Shown in pieces: positions 1 to 9,289 of a DNA stretch of 64,000 nucleotides. The stretch is from Christensenellaceae bacterium (GTDB lineage Bacteria > Bacillota > Clostridia > Christensenellales > CAG-138), in contig JAFLSU010000009.1 in the NCBI GenBank assembly GCA_022510765.1, forward strand, positions 4,594 through 68,593, read 5' to 3'. Position numbers and translations under genes: made by a program. The first letter of the stretch is position 1. Each line of letters begins with the position of its first letter. The notes below the pieces were generated by a model. The model was given only the letters and a program-made list of their open reading frames with translations. It did not search any database and was not told the DNA's origin.

Positions 1-1181
1 TGCGCGTACTTTTCGATATGGAGCAGACGGGCTTCATGATAGATAAGGAAGTATTGCTCGGACTCGGGGAGAGCATGGCGGAACAAACCTGCGAATTGTC
101 AAAGGAAATCTATGAGCAGGCAGGGGAGAAATTCAATATCCTTTCGCCGATGCAGCTTGGACATATCCTGTTTGAGAAGCTGGGGCTTCCTCCGCGCAAA
201 AAAACCAAAAGGGGATATTCCACCGACAGCGATGTGCTTGAGTCGTTAAAGGAGCTGCATCCCATTGTAGAACTCATAATCGAGTATCGCTTCTATACGA
301 AGCTAAAATCGACCTTCGTTGACGCAATGCTTGAAAAAATCGGCAGTGACGGCAGAATTCATACGACGCTCAATCAGAACGTGACCGCAACGGGGCGCAT
401 ATCCTCGCAGGAGCCGAATTTACAGAATATTCCCGTCAGAACCGAGCAGGGCAGGGAGATACGGCGGGCGTTCATCGCAAGCCCGGGCTGCACGCTCGTG
501 GGCGCGGACTACTCGCAGATAGAGCTGAGGGTGCTTGCGCATATGAGCAATGATGAAGCGCTGATCTCCGCGTTCATAGACGGAGATGATATTCATACCC
601 GAACGGCCGCCGAGGTCTTTGGCGTGAAGAAGGAGGATGTGACGCGCGAAATGCGTTCGGCCGCAAAAGCGGTAAATTTCGGCATAGTTTATGGAATAAG
701 CGCGTTCGGACTATCCGAGCAGCTCGGAATAACCGCCAAACAAGCGGGGGAATACATAAATAAATATCTTGACCGCTGCACAGGCGTTAAGGATTTCATG
801 CATTCCTCGGTCGAAATCGGCAAACGGCTTGGCTATGCGGAGACCATCATGGGCAGACGCAGGGAACTGCCGGAACTTCGCTCCTCAAATTACAATGTTC
901 GCTCGTTTGGAGAGCGCGTCGCGATGAATATGCCGATACAGGGCAGCGCCGCCGACATAATCAAGGTCGCGATGGTGCGGGTTCACGAGAGATTAAAGTC
1001 CGAGGGACTTCGCGCGAAGCTGGTTCTTCAAATTCATGACGAACTCATCATTGACACGCCCGAGGATGAGGTGGAGCGCGTTAAAACACTGCTTCACGAA
1101 TGCATGTGCGGGGTCGCAGATTTAAGAGTGCCGCTCAGAGCGGATGTGAGCTGCGGCAGAAGCTGGTTTGATACAAAGTGA
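1..1181 (+). CDS. polA: DNA polymerase I, C-terminal polymerase domain (5' end outside window)
   Basis: Family A motifs ADYSQIELR, AKAVNFGIVYG, LQIHDEL; frame open from window start. Confidence 0.97.
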   Translation, partial: RVLFDMEQTGFMIDKEVLLGLGESMAEQTCELSKEIYEQAGEKFNILSPMQLGHILFEKLGLPPRKKTKRGYSTDSDVLESLKELHPIVELIIEYRFYTKLKSTFVDAMLEKIGSDGRIHTTLNQNVTATGRISSQEPNLQNIPVRTEQGREIRRAFIASPGCTLVGADYSQIELRVLAHMSNDEALISAFIDGDDIHTRTAAEVFGVKKEDVTREMRSAAKAVNFGIVYGISAFGLSEQLGITAKQAGEYINKYLDRCTGVKDFMHSSVEIGKRLGYAETIMGRRRELPELRSSNYNVRSFGERVAMNMPIQGSAADIIKVAMVRVHERLKSEGLRAKLVLQIHDELIIDTPEDEVERVKTLLHECMCGVADLRVPLRADVSCGRSWFDTK

Positions 1182-1231
1182 TTTAATTTAAAAGTTTTCG
1201 GGGTGAGGCAGCACCCCAAGTAAACATAATC

Positions 1232-1852
1232 ATGATAATCGGGCTTACGGGCAGCATGGCGGCGGGGAAGTCCACCGTTTCAAAAATGCTGAAAGAAAAA
1301 GGTTTTTTTATAGTGGATGCGGACAGGATCGCGCATGAAGTGCTGCATGATCCCGCAATAATTTTGCTTCTTGCGTCCGCGTTCGGCGCAGAGATAATTG
1401 GTTCGGATGGGGAGATCGACCGCCGCGCACTCGCAGCAAAGGCGTTTTCCGTTGAGGGCGGTGTTAAAAGGCTGAATGGCATAACTCATCCTGCTATATA
1501 TAATTCGATGATTGAATCGGCACATGCCGCCGAAAGCGATTTCCCTGCGGTGGTGCTTGACGCACCGCTGCTCATAGAATCCGGTTTGCATCGGGAATGC
1601 GATACGGTTTGGCTAGTCTGCGCGAATATCGAGACACGCTACGCCCGTATAATGAACAGGGACGGTCTGACACGCGCGGAAGCAAGGCAAAGGCTTTCCA
1701 ATCAGATGCCGCAATGGCGCAAAAAACGCTATGCGGATGCGTTAATAGCCAATGATGGAGGCATCGATGAACTGCGCGTCAGCGTCGATGCGGCGATTGC
1801 TGAGTTGTCATTGCGTTCCCGAGGAAGCAGAATAGACACGAGCAATAATTAG
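1232..1852 (+). CDS. coaE: dephospho-CoA kinase
   Basis: IIGLTGSMAAGKST P-loop, DAPLLIE motif, polA-coaE synteny. Confidence 0.93.
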   Translation: MIIGLTGSMAAGKSTVSKMLKEKGFFIVDADRIAHEVLHDPAIILLLASAFGAEIIGSDGEIDRRALAAKAFSVEGGVKRLNGITHPAIYNSMIESAHAAESDFPAVVLDAPLLIESGLHRECDTVWLVCANIETRYARIMNRDGLTRAEARQRLSNQMPQWRKKRYADALIANDGGIDELRVSVDAAIAELSLRSRGSRIDTSNN

Positions 1853-1872
1853 GATTAAACCGGGGAGCCAGA

Positions 1873-2673
1873 ATGCCGAAAAGCAAGACTACAACCGTGC
1901 ATACCACGGCCTCACAGAGCACTGGTGCACAGAGTGCAGGCGCACAGAGTGCAGGCGCACAGAGTGCAGGCGCACAGTGTGCGCCTGCATATAGACGGAA
2001 GGCAAAACGAAAACGTTTTGCTGTAAAAAGAAAGCGTCCAAATGCAAAATCAAGTTGTTTTGCCGCAAAAACAAAGCGATGCAATGAGAGAAATAAACGT
2101 TCCACTGTCGGTTTTAAGCGGCGCATAGCTTTTATTGGCGGCGCTCTGATTATCGCTCTTATTGCGGTGATTCTACTGATGCGCCCCGTCGGACGAAAGG
2201 TATACCCGATACACTACGCCGAGGAAGTGTTCCATTATGCGACCGAATATGAGCTTGATCCCTGCCTTGTGTTTGCGGTGATAAAGGTCGAAAGCGATTT
2301 TACTCCCAACGCCGTATCCCGCGCGGGTGCGCAGGGATTGATGCAGATAATGCCCGATACCGCAGATTGGATCGCATGGCGGCAGGGTCGCGAGCATGAC
2401 GGCAGACGCATCCTCGAACCGGAATACAATATTGATATGGGGTGCTATCTGCTTAGCTATCTAATGGAGTACTATGGAGGCAATATCGACTATGCTCTTG
2501 CCGCCTATAACGCGGGCAAGGGCGCAGTGGACGGCTGGCTTGAAAGCAGTGAGTATTTCGACGGGTCGAAGCTCCGTATACCGTATGAGGAAACGGATAA
2601 TTATGTAAAGAAGGTAAATTTTGCTTACAAAAGCTATAAGGAATTGTACCATGAAGAATTCTGCGATAAATAA
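1873..2673 (+). CDS. lytic transglycosylase (SLT domain) with basic, repeat-containing N-terminal extension and TM anchor
   Basis: VIKVES, GAQGLMQIMP, ALAAYNAG motifs; GGGGAG RBS before ATG 1873. Confidence 0.88.
   Translation: MPKSKTTTVHTTASQSTGAQSAGAQSAGAQSAGAQCAPAYRRKAKRKRFAVKRKRPNAKSSCFAAKTKRCNERNKRSTVGFKRRIAFIGGALIIALIAVILLMRPVGRKVYPIHYAEEVFHYATEYELDPCLVFAVIKVESDFTPNAVSRAGAQGLMQIMPDTADWIAWRQGREHDGRRILEPEYNIDMGCYLLSYLMEYYGGNIDYALAAYNAGKGAVDGWLESSEYFDGSKLRIPYEETDNYVKKVNFAYKSYKELYHEEFCDK
1912..1986 (+). repeat. 15-bp in-frame tandem repeat (AQSAG), 3 exact + 2 degenerate units
   Basis: gcacagagtgcaggc at 1927, 1942, 1957; degenerate flanking units. Confidence 0.9.
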
Positions 2674-4267
2674 TTTACTGCGCACAGCTGCAATCATGCT
2701 AACGCTGTTTTCGCTCTTTTTGACAGCATGCGGCGGAAATACCACAGCCAACCCCGATGCAAGTGCGGAACCAACGGATATGCCCTCTGAAACGGCAATC
2801 CCGTCTCCCGCCTCGGGCGGAACGCTATCATTGCCCATGCCGGAAAACATTTCCGTAAACAATCCGGATTACAGTCCGCTGCTCGTGTACACCGAGGAGA
2901 TGCTTCAGTTGTTCTCACTCGTATACGATCCGCTCATTGCCGTGGATGAAAGCAATATGCTCGTTCCTTCCCTTGCGCAAAGCTGGACACAGGATCCGGA
3001 GAACGAAAACGCATGGCTTGTCACCCTGCGCAAGGAGGTAAGGTGGCATTCCGGAGAGCCGCTTACCGCTGACGACGTGGTGTATACATACAGCACCCTC
3101 TATATCCTCGGCAGCGAATCGTATTATGCGTCATCGTTAAACAATATCGAGAGAGTGGAAAAGGTTGATGATCTAACGCTGCGGTTCCATATGAATTCCG
3201 CAGGGTTGACTGCATTGTACGCGCTGAATTTTCCGGTAATCAAGGAAAACTCCGACAGGCTTGTCGGAACGGGCGCATATAAGGCAGGCTCCCTAAGCGA
3301 TGAAGTGATACGGCTCAATGTCAACAATGACTGGTGGGACAGGCCGCCCTATATCCAAACGATTGAATTCCTCGCAAGGCCTACAAACGATACCGCTCTT
3401 GCGTCCTACTCCGCAGGACAGCTCAATTTCGTGCCGACGGCACAGCTCGCCGTCGGAAAGTACAGTGAACCCGGCGTGACTGTAGTTAAGGATATGATGA
3501 CGCAGAACATGGAGGTGCTGCTCGTCAATCACCGCCGACTGGTTATGAATCAAACCAACTTGCGAAGGGCGATAATTCACGCGATCAATAGAAGCCAGAT
3601 CATTACTAATATATATATGAACAGGGCCCGTTCGAGCGATGTGCCGTTTCCGCCCGATTCATGGCTGTATGACAGCAACGCGACGCAGTTTAATTATAAT
3701 GTTCAGACTGCATCCACCCTCCTCGATGGCATGGGCTATGCATTGAACGGAGATGGAATGCGTTCCATCACGCTTACCCTGCTCACGAGCAGCACCACGG
3801 AGAACACCACTCGAGCTGAGGCCGCGCAGCTCATCGCATCGCAGCTTGAACAGGTGGGAATAACCGTAAATATCGTCACTGCGTCGCATACCTATGGCGA
3901 TACGCAGAGCGAATTCCTGCTCGCGCTGGAGGCGGGGGACTGGGATATAGCTCTCGCGGGCTTCAATCTCAACCAAAACAATGATCTTTCGCCATATCTT
4001 ACCCAGGACGGGAAGAATAATTATGGAAACTACCTCGGCGGAAGCATGAACAGGCTCATCGAGAACATGAGGGATGCTGCGGACGAGGAGAGCCTGCGCG
4101 AATGCGCAGACAAGTTTCAGCAGGCGTTTACTGAGGAACTGCCGTTCATAGTGCTGTATTTCAGGCTGAACAGCGTGGTCTATTCAGCCGATTTGAAGGG
4201 CGTGGATGTGATGCGCGAGCCGCTTTTGATGCGAAACATCAAAGGCTGGTACCTTCGCACGGAATAG
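2651..4267 (+). CDS. family 5 (peptide/nickel-type) ABC substrate-binding lipoprotein, no permease genes adjacent
   Basis: Lipobox LTAC; LVPSLAQSW, VRWHSGEPLTADDVVYT, LRRAIIHAINR motifs. Confidence 0.85.
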   Translation: MKNSAINNLLRTAAIMLTLFSLFLTACGGNTTANPDASAEPTDMPSETAIPSPASGGTLSLPMPENISVNNPDYSPLLVYTEEMLQLFSLVYDPLIAVDESNMLVPSLAQSWTQDPENENAWLVTLRKEVRWHSGEPLTADDVVYTYSTLYILGSESYYASSLNNIERVEKVDDLTLRFHMNSAGLTALYALNFPVIKENSDRLVGTGAYKAGSLSDEVIRLNVNNDWWDRPPYIQTIEFLARPTNDTALASYSAGQLNFVPTAQLAVGKYSEPGVTVVKDMMTQNMEVLLVNHRRLVMNQTNLRRAIIHAINRSQIITNIYMNRARSSDVPFPPDSWLYDSNATQFNYNVQTASTLLDGMGYALNGDGMRSITLTLLTSSTTENTTRAEAAQLIASQLEQVGITVNIVTASHTYGDTQSEFLLALEAGDWDIALAGFNLNQNNDLSPYLTQDGKNNYGNYLGGSMNRLIENMRDAADEESLRECADKFQQAFTEELPFIVLYFRLNSVVYSADLKGVDVMREPLLMRNIKGWYLRTE

Positions 4268-4309
4268 GGTGTTAAAAGCAAATTTCATTTTTTTCCAGAC
4301 GTTTTTTGC

Positions 4310-4339
4310 GGATACATTTGAAAAGCCAGGCACATAATA
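4310..4339 (+). promoter_or_regulatory. forespore sigmaG-like promoter
   Basis: GGATA-N18-CATAATA, close to the sigmaG consensus GHATR-N17/18-CATAHTA. Confidence 0.5.
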
Positions 4340-4368
4340 TGCCCATGAGGATAAGGGATAGGAAAAAA

Positions 4369-4563
4369 GTGAGGGAGCAAAACCGCACCAACGAGCAAAA
4401 AACGCTGAACGGCGAAAGCTCATTTGATACGTTCGATACAAGCATGCTTGCTTCGAGCCTGCCCGAAACGGGCAAAGGTGCAATCAAGTCCGACGTGCTT
4501 GGAAGCTATACGGGCACGGATGTTGACTACTCGGCTCCCGTACAGGATGCTGATGATCTTTAG
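4369..4563 (+). CDS. small acidic hypothetical protein (64 aa) ending DVLGSYTG...PVQDADDL
   Basis: GTG start after AAGGGATAGG; C-terminal motif recalled from small clostridial hypothetical proteins. Confidence 0.7.
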   Translation: MREQNRTNEQKTLNGESSFDTFDTSMLASSLPETGKGAIKSDVLGSYTGTDVDYSAPVQDADDL

Positions 4564-4830
4564 CCGGCTGAGTATGCGGAAGTCAGGCTGACGGTGCCTT
4601 TCCCACGGTCTAACCCTTCAACGGAGAGGAGACGGGCAAATGCCGTGAACGCCGCAGAAAACGATCCTATGAGGAATGAACCCATTGGCTTATGCTGCGG
4701 GCGAATCCGAATAGTTTCGCCTGCTCCATATAAGCCTACGCAGCAGCTACAGCCCAAACGTTTTGACGCGAGAGGGCGAAATCCTCTGTTCATCCAGCAG
4801 TACCGGATGCTGCCGCAAAAAAGGATCGTG
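4564..4830 (+). ncRNA. candidate multi-branched structured RNA, family unassigned
   Basis: Nested stems 4661-68/4822-29, 4673-81/4788-95, 4687-93/4730-36, 4697-705/4716-24, 4771-76/4782-87, 4797-802/4808-13; G-U pairs favour + strand. Confidence 0.4.
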
Positions 4831-4957
4831 TTCATGAATACAGAAATGCGTTTAAGAACATGAAAACTCGTTTATGAACAAAGAAATGCGTTTGTAGACA
4901 AAGGAATTTATTTACGGACAAAGAAATGCGTTTGTAAACAAAAGAATGAGTTTGCCA
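4818..4957. repeat. degenerate non-coding 20-bp tandem array, 7 units
   Basis: Consensus ACAAAGAAATGCGTTTGTAR, period exactly 20. Confidence 0.85.
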
Positions 4958-4980
4958 AGGTATGCATTTGGAGGCAAAAC

Positions 4981-5010
4981 AGCCGTCTTAAGAAATTAGG
5001 TCGGCTTTTT
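4981..5010 (+). terminator. putative intrinsic terminator
   Basis: AGCCG...CGGCT hairpin with GAAA loop followed by T-tract. Confidence 0.6.
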
Positions 5011-5229
5011 GCTTTTGTCGGAGAAAATGTTTTTATCAAGAATACAGAATTCATCACATGATAGATTCAATTTATCTGAGCGGCATAATAATGAATCGCA
5101 CGGCAAATACTATCCACATGCGGAACCATTCGTGTGCGGATTAAACCGTATGCGGAAACTTCGACTGCCGAGTTAGCTGAGAGATCGGTTCCGCGCAATA
5201 CGCCTATACAGGCTAATATTGGAGGCAAT

Positions 5230-5790
5230 ATGAAAAAACTATCAAAACATACGCTGACCGCTGCACTGCTCGCCGTAGTAATGCTCTTTGCGGTTGCGTG
5301 CACCAACGGAGGCAACATTAAAAATACCGCAGAGCCGAAGAATACTGCGGGTGTATCCGCCTCCCCGAACATCAACGGCGGCTCACCGTCGCCAGGGAAT
5401 ACAAGCGGCGCGGAAGGAAGCGGCAGCCCGATGGAATCGCCGTCAGGCTCCATGAATCCCAATAACTCGCCCGAAGGTTCCGAGGGACCTTTAGGCTCCG
5501 ATGAACCTTCCGGCTCACCCAATGGTTCAGCCGAACCCGGCAATACGGATGACGGAAACGGCGATATAACGGGCTTTGTCGAGGGCAAGGTAATCGACCA
5601 GGATGACGCGCAGGACGTGGTAGACATAGTGAAACGCGAGTTTGCGAATCGCAGCATCCAGTCAATCGTGTTCGAAGAAATACAGGGTCGTCAAGCGTAT
5701 AAAGTGACGCTTCAGGGCGAGGGCGAGCTTGCTAAGAATATCTACATACTTGGCGATGGCTCGGTCATCATCCCCAGCGCCGGGGACTGA
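5230..5790 (+). CDS. lipoprotein with S/P/G-rich linker and PepSY-like C-terminal domain
   Basis: GGAGG RBS, lipobox AVAC, low-complexity linker, short C-terminal alpha/beta domain. Confidence 0.75.
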   Translation: MKKLSKHTLTAALLAVVMLFAVACTNGGNIKNTAEPKNTAGVSASPNINGGSPSPGNTSGAEGSGSPMESPSGSMNPNNSPEGSEGPLGSDEPSGSPNGSAEPGNTDDGNGDITGFVEGKVIDQDDAQDVVDIVKREFANRSIQSIVFEEIQGRQAYKVTLQGEGELAKNIYILGDGSVIIPSAGD

Positions 5791-5836
5791 ATTGCCCTGC
5801 TCACCCCATAAGCGGACAATAATTTAAGCAATACGC

Positions 5837-5900
5837 AAAAAGCAGCCTTCTTCCTTCAAAAACTGCCGAACGGCTGAAACGAGAGGAAGAAAGCTGCTTT
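5837..5900. terminator. bidirectional terminator between convergent lipoprotein genes
   Basis: AAAAGCAGCCTTCTTCCT...AGGAAGAAAGCTGCTTT. Confidence 0.7.
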
Positions 5901-5910
5901 ATCTTAAAAA

Positions 5911-6552
5911 TTATTGAACTATATCGATGGAAACGATTCCCTCGGTGACGGAGGGGCGAGCCGCTTCATCGGCGGGTACCGACACAAAATATGCGCCATT
6001 TCCTTCGAGCGGCTTGTTGTTTACGGAGAAAGCTACGATGCATGCACCAAGATCGATTTCGGAAAGCCGATCTTCGAAATTATGCTCATGACCGTCCGAA
6101 CCAACGAGCACGAATGAGGACGGAGCGAAAGTGCCAAGATCGATATTGAGATCGGCAAAGAGCTTTTCAATCGTAATGCCAGAATAGCCTTTCATTTCTT
6201 TTGCGTCCGACATCGAATTGGCACTCGGTGCTTTGATGATGCTTGCGCCCATTGCAAACAGTTCGCCTGCGGTATACTCATGCGCTTCACCGGAAAGATT
6301 GATGGTGAAAACTACATTTTCGGCATCGATTCCCCAGTTTTCAAGCGGGACATCCTTTGAAGCCTCAGTGCCAGAGGATGGCTTGCTCGTGGACGAATCG
6401 GTCGAGAACGAACCGTTCGAGGTTGGATTATTGGTGATCTGAGGGGTGTTGGGGCTGTCAGGCTTCCTGCCGCAGCCCACGCCGCAAACGAGTATGCCCA
6501 CTATCATGACTGAAGCGAGGACGATGCTTAGGATTCGAACAAAACGGTTCAT
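5911..6552 (-). CDS. hypothetical lipoprotein
   Basis: Signal peptide with GVGC lipobox, S/T-rich linker; start at MNRFV. Confidence 0.75.
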   Translation of the reverse strand: MNRFVRILSIVLASVMIVGILVCGVGCGRKPDSPNTPQITNNPTSNGSFSTDSSTSKPSSGTEASKDVPLENWGIDAENVVFTINLSGEAHEYTAGELFAMGASIIKAPSANSMSDAKEMKGYSGITIEKLFADLNIDLGTFAPSSFVLVGSDGHEHNFEDRLSEIDLGACIVAFSVNNKPLEGNGAYFVSVPADEAARPSVTEGIVSIDIVQ

Positions 6553-6747
6553 AAAAATTCTCCTTTGTTGTAACTTTTTCGCAGTTTTACCGCGAATACC
6601 GATAGAGTATAGCATAGGGCGGTTCAAAATTCAACCTATTCATAAAACTTTCACATTTACCAGGTGACCTCTGCTTGAGGCATTCCGATGCCGCAATCCC
6701 GATTTTTTTGCAATCGGCATGAAAATGGAATTTCAAAAGCAAATCGA

Positions 6748-7506
6748 TCAGATGTCTATCTCGAGCCCGACGGGACAGTGGTCGCTGCCCGTAATAGAGG
6801 CGTATATTTTAGCCTCGAAAATTTTGCTTGCGATTCGATTGCTTACCACAAAGTAATCAATCCGCCATCCGGTATTCTTTTCACGTGCCTTGAACATATA
6901 GCTCCACCATGTGTATGCGTCGGTTTGATCGGGATAGAGATGACGAAAGCTGTCGGTAAAGCCTGAATCGAGCAACCGAGTAAACTTTTCGCGCTCCTCA
7001 TCAGTAAAACCTGCGTTGCCACGGTTCGACTTGGGGTTTTTTAAATCGATCTCCTTGTGGGCAACGTTTAGATCGCCGCAGAAAACGACGGGCTTTTTCG
7101 CGTCAAGCCCCATCAGGTATTCGCGGAAAGCGTTCTCCCAGCGGCAACGGAACTCAAGGCGGGTAAGCTCGCGCTGAGCGTTCGGAGTATAGACCGTCAC
7201 AAAATAAAAATCGGGAAATTCGAGCGTGATGACGCGTCCCTCGCCCTCGAATTCGGCATCCATGCCCATTCCGTAGGAGACGCAGAGCGGTTCTATCTTG
7301 GTAAACACGGCCGTGCCGGAATAGCCCTTCTTGTCCGCATAATGCCAATACGAATGATACCCATCGGGTGCAAAATCGATCTGCCCCTGCTGAAGCTTCG
7401 TCTCCTGTACGGCAAAGATGTCTGCGTTTTCCGCAGTGAAAAAATCGTTAAAGCCCTTGCCCATGCAGGCGCGTAGGCCGTTTACGTTCCATGAAATCAG
7501 TTTCAT
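6748..7506 (-). CDS. xth: exodeoxyribonuclease III
   Basis: MKLISWNVNGLRA, QETK, GDLNVAH, WRIDY, SDHCP motifs. Confidence 0.96.
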   Translation of the reverse strand: MKLISWNVNGLRACMGKGFNDFFTAENADIFAVQETKLQQGQIDFAPDGYHSYWHYADKKGYSGTAVFTKIEPLCVSYGMGMDAEFEGEGRVITLEFPDFYFVTVYTPNAQRELTRLEFRCRWENAFREYLMGLDAKKPVVFCGDLNVAHKEIDLKNPKSNRGNAGFTDEEREKFTRLLDSGFTDSFRHLYPDQTDAYTWWSYMFKAREKNTGWRIDYFVVSNRIASKIFEAKIYASITGSDHCPVGLEIDI

Positions 7507-7569
7507 TTTGCTTCCTTTCCGGAAAGGTAAAGAATCCCCAAAACCCTTGATTTAAAAGGGATTGCCCCG

Positions 7570-8202
7570 TCATCGGGTCGGTACACCCGTTTCAAGCTGC
7601 GATAGATCCGGGGTGTTAGCGGGGTCCGGCTCCGGGTCGCGCTCAAGAACGGTCAATCCGGTGATAAGCCATTTGCCGTCGACCTTCTCGGCCGAAATTT
7701 CGTACCGCACACTTTCCCAGACGGGTACGGGCTGATCGTTATTTGCGTCAAATGCCTCCGCAGAGATGGACGGTATGCGCTCCACGACCACGAGCTTCGC
7801 CTGCGTTGACCAAGGGTAAACCACGAATTTTTCGATGGCGATTCGGTAGTCATAGGATTCCACATGGAAACTGTCGTACTTTCCGGCATACAGATCGGTA
7901 TCCGCGCTCAGCCAATGCTCGTCAAAATAATTGGAAAGATCCATCGTGCCGCCACTCATCAGAATGCAGTCCGCGCGGGTCTCCATGCCCACGGTCACGA
8001 TTATATAAAGGTTGCTTGCGTACATTGCCTCCGTAAAGACGCCGTAGCAAAGCACGATTACTACAAAAATGATCAATATTGTGCGGAGGATGTACCAGAC
8101 TGAGCGCCGCGCAACGCTGACCGAATCTGCCTGCTTTTGCGCCTTGCTCCGCTCATCGCGTCTTGCGACCTTTCGTTTTTTTGACTTTATATTTTCGTCC
8201 AT
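7570..8202 (-). CDS. hypothetical membrane-anchored protein
   Basis: Basic N-terminus, single TM helix, 210-aa ORF. Confidence 0.75.
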   Translation of the reverse strand: MDENIKSKKRKVARRDERSKAQKQADSVSVARRSVWYILRTILIIFVVIVLCYGVFTEAMYASNLYIIVTVGMETRADCILMSGGTMDLSNYFDEHWLSADTDLYAGKYDSFHVESYDYRIAIEKFVVYPWSTQAKLVVVERIPSISAEAFDANNDQPVPVWESVRYEISAEKVDGKWLITGLTVLERDPEPDPANTPDLSQLETGVPTR

Positions 8203-8406
8203 TTCTTATAAAACCAAACCCTTCTGCGCCCAACAGGGGCCGCTTTTAAATAAGTATATCATGCTTTCCTCTCCATAGCAAGCAAGGGAGGAAGGCTAAC
8301 GAGTGTGGATTTTTCCAGATTCATGTGCTATACTCTCCACGTTACATAATAACAAACGGAGCCTTTCAGGCGAGCCGATACCAATCCCCAAGGAGGTCAG
8401 TTCCTT

Positions 8407-9273
8407 ATGACGGCCAATCAGGCGCAATTTGAACACCCGAAAAAGTGGCGTGAGACATGCGATCCGTTTAAGCTCGATTATCATTGCTTTCGTCCGACCG
8501 AGATATTGGGCTACCCTCATGCGGGGAACGATGTGTTTCATGTCAAAGGCATTCACGATGGAAAGGAGATGACAGCATACGTTAAGGCTGCCCGTCAGCA
8601 GAACGCAGCGATCCAAAACGAGGTTTCGATCCTGAGGCAAATTGATCTTCCATATGTTCCTCGGGTCATAGATTTTGGCTTTCAGGATACGCCGTTCTTG
8701 GTGACTGCCGAAATGCCCGGGAAACGTTTGTCGGTCATAGTTTCCGAAAATAAGGATTGCGAAGCACTTTCATACATGGAGGAATACGGAGAAACGCTAG
8801 GGCGCATTCATTCAATGAATATCAAATCTATTCCCGTTTCCGACCGAAAATTCTTTCATGCTCCGACCGATGAAATCTTGGAGAAATTGGGTCTGCAATA
8901 TTTAAAGGAATATTTCATGGATGCTCCAAAGGAGAGTACGACTGTCTTCTGCCACGGGGATTTTCATTACGCAAATATTCTTTGGGAGAACCATCATATA
9001 AGCGGCATACTGGACTTCGAATTGTCAGGCTATGGGAACAGGGATTTTGACATCGCCTGGGCCTTGCTGCTACGCCCGGGGCAGAATTTTTTAAAAACGG
9101 AAGAGGAGCGGCAGAGGTTCCTCGAGGGCTACGGTAAATTGGGCCTTTTCGATGAGCGCGCCGTAAAATACTACATGGCGCAGAGCTATGTCCATTTTAT
9201 GCTGTTCTCCAGCAACGATACCGATTATATGGAATATGCAAGAAACTGGCTTTTGAAGAACTGCAAGCGATAA
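8407..9273 (+). CDS. aminoglycoside-phosphotransferase-family (APH/choline kinase-like) kinase
   Basis: CHGDFHYANILW Brenner motif and GILDFE; AAGGAGG RBS. Confidence 0.85.
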   Translation: MTANQAQFEHPKKWRETCDPFKLDYHCFRPTEILGYPHAGNDVFHVKGIHDGKEMTAYVKAARQQNAAIQNEVSILRQIDLPYVPRVIDFGFQDTPFLVTAEMPGKRLSVIVSENKDCEALSYMEEYGETLGRIHSMNIKSIPVSDRKFFHAPTDEILEKLGLQYLKEYFMDAPKESTTVFCHGDFHYANILWENHHISGILDFELSGYGNRDFDIAWALLLRPGQNFLKTEEERQRFLEGYGKLGLFDERAVKYYMAQSYVHFMLFSSNDTDYMEYARNWLLKNCKR

Positions 9274-9289
9274 GGGAGAGGGATCAACC

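Noticed and set aside
4640-4800. raiA-motif RNA resemblance (AAAACGAUCC, GAGAGGG, UCCAGCAG)
   Set aside because: The hairpin and pseudoknot elements I recall for raiA are missing; short word matches only
4594-4863. 89-aa ORF over the structured region
   Set aside because: No RBS or motif; runs into a repeat with period 20, which argues against coding
4818-4957. CRISPR array
   Set aside because: Contiguous 20-bp units with no unique spacers and no cas genes
5159-5170. 12-bp match CTTCGACTGCCG shared with 45271-45282
   Set aside because: 12-mer repeats are expected by chance many times in 64 kb
5100-5195. Hammerhead ribozyme, c-di-GMP-I or TPP riboswitch
   Set aside because: CUGAGAG does not fit CUGANGA and stem I is missing; no GAAA tetraloop/GACGCAAAG; no TPP 3' half
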